A stretch of DNA of 63,479 bases, filler included. It is 6 parts of 6 records of this genome, joined end to end, with 100 filler letters (N's around TTAATTAATTAA, not from the genome) between each part and the next. Parts side by side here need not be neighbours in the genome. Positions count along the whole stretch, not along the records: positions 56,338 to 63,479 come from SRR20825006_2745; 5 more parts are not named here. One strand, written 5' to 3'. Under the pieces are notes generated by a model. It saw only the letters and a program-made list of their open reading frames with translations. It was not told where the DNA came from and did not search any database. Below are positions 59,933 through 63,479 of this stretch, piece by piece. Position 1 is the stretch's first letter. Each line of letters opens with the position of its first letter. A program made the position numbers and the translations under genes.

Positions 59933-60922
59933 ATGTCTGATACATCCGCACCCTCATCATCTGGCAATCCAGTTTCGATGCGGGACCCGCAAAAACTTTA
60001 TGATGCGATCATCATCGGTGCCGGTTTTGCCGGTTTATCCGCTGCCATGCAGTTGGCCCGCGCCCGCAAAGAGATTTGCATCATTGATGCCGGATTGCCG
60101 CGCAACCGTTTTGCCACGGCATCGCATGGCTTTTTCGGGCTGGATGGCAAAAGCCCGGACGAAATTACCCGTCTGGCGATGGGGCAAATTCGCGCCTATC
60201 CCACCGTCAGCATTGCGCATGGCATGGCAAAAACCGCGACCCGACTGGAACCGGATACCGCCGGAACCGGGGACGAAGACAGCAACCGTTTCAAGGTGTC
60301 GCTGGAAGATGGCCGCCGCTTTCAGGCCCGCCGCCTGATCCTTGCCACCGGCGTGGTTGACACCCTGCCCGACATTCCCGGTCTGATGCCGCGTTGGGGC
60401 AAAACCGTGCTGCATTGTCCCTATTGCCATGGTTACGAAGTTCGTGACCGGGAACTTGGCGTGCTGGCAACCGGCCCGATGTCCACCCATCAGGCAATGA
60501 TGATCCCGGACTGGGGCCCAACGACCTTCTTCACCCAAGGGAAATACGAACCGGAACCTGAAATCCGCACACAGATGGATACGCGCGGCATCACGATTGA
60601 ACAAAGCCCGATAGTCGAACTGATCGGCACCGCCCCCGAACTTGATGCCGTTAAACTGGCCGACGGGCGCACCAAACCCATTCAGGCCCTGTTTGCCGGG
60701 CCAACTGTTTCAATGACCAATCCACTTGCGGAAATGCTGGGTTGCAGGTTCGAAGAAGGCCTTGCCGGACCGTTCATCAAGGTCGACGCATCACAGGAAA
60801 CCAGCATCCCCGGCGTCTTTGCCGCTGGTGATGCCGCCACCGCGCGCCACAATGCCACACTGGCCTCGGCCGCGGGCGTTCTGGCCGGGGTTGGGGTGCA
60901 TCAGTCGTTGATTTTTACATAG
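59933..60922 (+). CDS. Thioredoxin-reductase-like FAD oxidoreductase
   Basis: GAGFAG, LILATG, HCPYCHGYE, TS.PGVFAAGD. Confidence 0.92.
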   Translation: MSDTSAPSSSGNPVSMRDPQKLYDAIIIGAGFAGLSAAMQLARARKEICIIDAGLPRNRFATASHGFFGLDGKSPDEITRLAMGQIRAYPTVSIAHGMAKTATRLEPDTAGTGDEDSNRFKVSLEDGRRFQARRLILATGVVDTLPDIPGLMPRWGKTVLHCPYCHGYEVRDRELGVLATGPMSTHQAMMIPDWGPTTFFTQGKYEPEPEIRTQMDTRGITIEQSPIVELIGTAPELDAVKLADGRTKPIQALFAGPTVSMTNPLAEMLGCRFEEGLAGPFIKVDASQETSIPGVFAAGDAATARHNATLASAAGVLAGVGVHQSLIFT

Positions 60923-61110
60923 TTGAAACGCAATCACAGCAATCTCGCGACATGATTTTCACCCGGCCATCGGGGCATCCCGGTGGCCGCAATCATACTG
61001 GAGAAGGACCGAAAACAACATTCATACGAATGTCACTCTTCTGAAATCTTAGTGACAACGAAGCTCTATATGATCGCGGTTATGTTCAAAACAACAAATC
61101 AAGCGATCAG

Positions 61111-61896
61111 ATGAACATCTCAATCCGGCAACGCCATATTATCGATATTCTGCGCCGTGATGGCTTTGCATCCATTGATGCATTGGCGGACCAGTTTGAA
61201 GTCACACCACAAACCGTGCGTCGCGACGTCAATATTTTAAGCGACGCCAATCTGGTGCGCCGACGCCATGGTGGGGCCGAATACGCCGGCGAGCCGGGCA
61301 TGAACCTGTCATATGACAATCGCCAGGTGACCAACATTGCCGCCAAGCACGCCATTTCGCTGCATGTTGCCGGGAAAATTCCCGACGGGGCATCAATCCT
61401 GATCGGGATCGGCAGCACACTTGAATTGCTGGCGCTTAATCTGGCGGATCATCGCAACCTGACCGTCATCACCAACAATCTGAATGTCGCGATGGCGCTG
61501 GGCACAAATACCAGCAACCGGATCGTTATTCCTGGCGGCACTGTGCGTCTGCCCGATCGTGACCTGATCACACCGGACGCCGAAGAGATGTTCCATAACT
61601 ACAAAGCTGATTTCGGTATTTTCGGTGTTGGTGGAATTGAAACCGACGGAACGTTGACCGACTTCGACCATCGCGAAGTCGCCTTGCGTCAGGCGATCAT
61701 TGGAAACTGCCGAAATTCCATTCTGGTTGCCGATCAATCGAAATTCGGTCGCCCGGCCCCGGCCAAGGGCGGGCACCTCACCGATCCCGACATGATCGTC
61801 ATTGATCAAAAACCCGGTGGTGATTTTAACGCCCTGTTCCAGCGCCAGGACATCCTCGACCGGCTGCAAATAGCAAAAGGCGAAACTCTCAAATGA
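61111..61896 (+). CDS. DeoR/GlpR-family regulator
   Basis: VTPQTVRRD HTH, R.HGGA, VADQSKF. Confidence 0.93.
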   Translation: MNISIRQRHIIDILRRDGFASIDALADQFEVTPQTVRRDVNILSDANLVRRRHGGAEYAGEPGMNLSYDNRQVTNIAAKHAISLHVAGKIPDGASILIGIGSTLELLALNLADHRNLTVITNNLNVAMALGTNTSNRIVIPGGTVRLPDRDLITPDAEEMFHNYKADFGIFGVGGIETDGTLTDFDHREVALRQAIIGNCRNSILVADQSKFGRPAPAKGGHLTDPDMIVIDQKPGGDFNALFQRQDILDRLQIAKGETLK

Positions 61897-63032
61897 CGTC
61901 TCAGACCCCCGACACCCAAAGACCCTTTATCAGGATCGAAAATGTTTCACGCATTTTTGACGGTGGAAACGGTGTTCATGACCTTTCCGTTGATATACCG
62001 CGCGGCAGCTTTGTTGTTCTGCTGGGGCCCTCCGGCTGCGGAAAGTCAACCACGCTGCGTCTGATTGCAGGTCTTGAAACCGCCGATCAGGGTCGCATTC
62101 TGATTGACGATCAGGACGTCACCGCAGTCCCGCCGTCAAAACGACAGCTATCCATGGTGTTTCAATCCTATGCGCTGTTTCCTCACCTTAGCGTCGCAGA
62201 AAACATTGTTTTTGGCCTGAAGGTTCGCAAATGCGCCAAGGCTGAAATGGCGAAACGCCTAGCCGATGCGCTCGGTGTGACCGGACTGGAAGGGTTGGAG
62301 AAACGCAAGCCTGCCGAACTTTCGGGCGGACAACGTCAACGGGTTGCACTGGCACGCGCCATCGTTGCCGGGCATCCGCTGTGCCTGATGGATGAACCAC
62401 TATCCAATCTGGACGCAAAACTGAGGCATTCCGTGCGCAAGGATATTCGCGACCTGCAGCAACGCCTTGGCATCACGGTGGTGTATGTCACCCACGATCA
62501 AACCGAAGCGATGAGCATGGCAGATATCGTCATCCTGATGAAGAATGGCCGTATCGAGCAGGCTGGAACCCCGGCAGACCTTTATCTGAAACCCGCCACC
62601 GCCTTTGCTGCAAGCTTTGTCGGCAGCCCGCCAATGGGGCTATTGCCAGCAACCGCAATCCCGTCCGACGCCCTACCAAGCGGTGCACGACCCGACAATC
62701 TGATTGTCGGCATCAGACCCGAAGACATCAAACTTGATACCGACCAGCAAAACAGTGCTTCGGGCCTCTCCGCGACGGTCATATCCAGCGAGTTCCTGGG
62801 ACCGGAAACCTTTGTCTATCTGTCAATAGACGGAACCGACGGGACAACGGCCCGCCTGCCCGGTCGTGTGCATCTTTCGCCCGGGACACAAGTCTCGCTC
62901 AGTTGGGCTGGCGTTGCTGCCCACTGGTTTGATCGCGAACACGGTCATCGTCTTTCGGCGGCGATGAACGACCATGCAACGCAAAAATCTTTTGTTACGA
63001 CGACCAATCACTCAGCAATTCCGACATCGTAA
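61893..63032 (+). CDS. UgpC/MalK-like ABC ATP-binding protein
   Basis: GPSGCGKST, VFQSYALFPH, LSGGQRQR, DEPLSNLD. Confidence 0.95.
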   Translation: MTSQTPDTQRPFIRIENVSRIFDGGNGVHDLSVDIPRGSFVVLLGPSGCGKSTTLRLIAGLETADQGRILIDDQDVTAVPPSKRQLSMVFQSYALFPHLSVAENIVFGLKVRKCAKAEMAKRLADALGVTGLEGLEKRKPAELSGGQRQRVALARAIVAGHPLCLMDEPLSNLDAKLRHSVRKDIRDLQQRLGITVVYVTHDQTEAMSMADIVILMKNGRIEQAGTPADLYLKPATAFAASFVGSPPMGLLPATAIPSDALPSGARPDNLIVGIRPEDIKLDTDQQNSASGLSATVISSEFLGPETFVYLSIDGTDGTTARLPGRVHLSPGTQVSLSWAGVAAHWFDREHGHRLSAAMNDHATQKSFVTTTNHSAIPTS

Positions 63033-63046
63033 AAGGACAGAAACCG

Positions 63047-63479
63047 ATGCGTAATTCCATTACCAGTGCCGCTTTTGCTGCCGGTCTGCTTGCTTCGGCG
63101 GCAACCCCGGCCTTTGCCGCAACCGAACTGACAATGTATTACCCCATCGCCGTTGGCGGTGCGTTGACCGAAGTAATCGACGGCATGATTGACGGTTTTG
63201 AAGCCGAACATCCCGACGTCAAGGTCAATGCGATTTATGCCGGAAACTATGACGACACCCGACTGCGTGCGGTTTCTGCAATCAAAAGCGGCGATCCGGC
63301 GCAGCTTTCGGTGATGTTTTCGATCGATGTCTATGACCTGATCGAACAGGATTTGATCATTCCGTTTGATGATGTTGTCAAAACCGCAGAAGACAAGGAA
63401 TGGCTTAACGGCTTCTATCCGGCGCTGATGGCCAATGGCAAAGTCGACAACAAAACCTGGGGCATCCCGTTCCAGCGTT
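63047..63479 (+). CDS. UgpB-like ABC substrate-binding protein, 3' truncated
   Basis: Signal peptide MRNSITS…AFA|ATELTMYYPIAVGG; frame open to the window end (WGIPFQR). Confidence 0.88.
   Translation, partial: MRNSITSAAFAAGLLASAATPAFAATELTMYYPIAVGGALTEVIDGMIDGFEAEHPDVKVNAIYAGNYDDTRLRAVSAIKSGDPAQLSVMFSIDVYDLIEQDLIIPFDDVVKTAEDKEWLNGFYPALMANGKVDNKTWGIPFQR

Overview
The window is not one locus. It is six unrelated contigs joined by 100-nt N/TTAATTAATTAA linkers (8481-8580, 15225-15324, 29197-29296, 43445-43544, 56238-56337), so adjacency across a linker means nothing. Taxonomic labels below are impressions from gene content and composition. (1) 1-8480, alphaproteobacterial: a Tn7-like transposon core (tnsA-tnsB-tnsC-tniQ, minus strand). 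It has a TGT-initiated end abutting a second, oppositely oriented end, a candidate antisense RNA in the tnsA leader, and a Lon-type AAA+ ATPase plus metallophosphoesterase as probable cargo. (2) 8581-15224, gammaproteobacterial: imuB-dnaE2, then a FixL-like PAS kinase, a receiver protein and an Hpt protein. (3) 15325-29196, Thalassospira-like: pqiABC, argP/argO, tdk, LysR/DJ-1, CueR-box copZ, MFS/AraC, an MCP, an XRE regulator and the gatB 3' end. (4) 29297-43444, Alcanivorax-like: cbiX, an ECF42 sigma with its promoter and DGPF gene, lpxR, a thiolase, a cluster of heptamer-repeat hairpin elements, a DUF4331-lipoprotein-TPR-HupE operon under twin ECF promoters with a SigK/RskA-like pair, and an ABC-F ATPase. 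(5) 43545-56237, GC-rich Myxococcota/Bradymonadales-like: a TSP3-repeat protein, a beta-barrel protein, a thioredoxin lipoprotein, a putative prenyltransferase/class II terpene-cyclase fusion under a complete sigma54 promoter and enhancer, a Ser/Thr kinase, GlnRS-Yqey and a bEBP. (6) 56338-63479, Thalassospira-like: LOG, cytochrome c peroxidase, LysR, Rrf2/TrxR-like oxidoreductase, DeoR and a Ugp-like ABC transporter. The best novelty candidates are the Tn7-like element (end junction, multi-HTH TniQ, degenerate TnsA, antisense RNA) and the sigma54-controlled PT/cyclase fusion.
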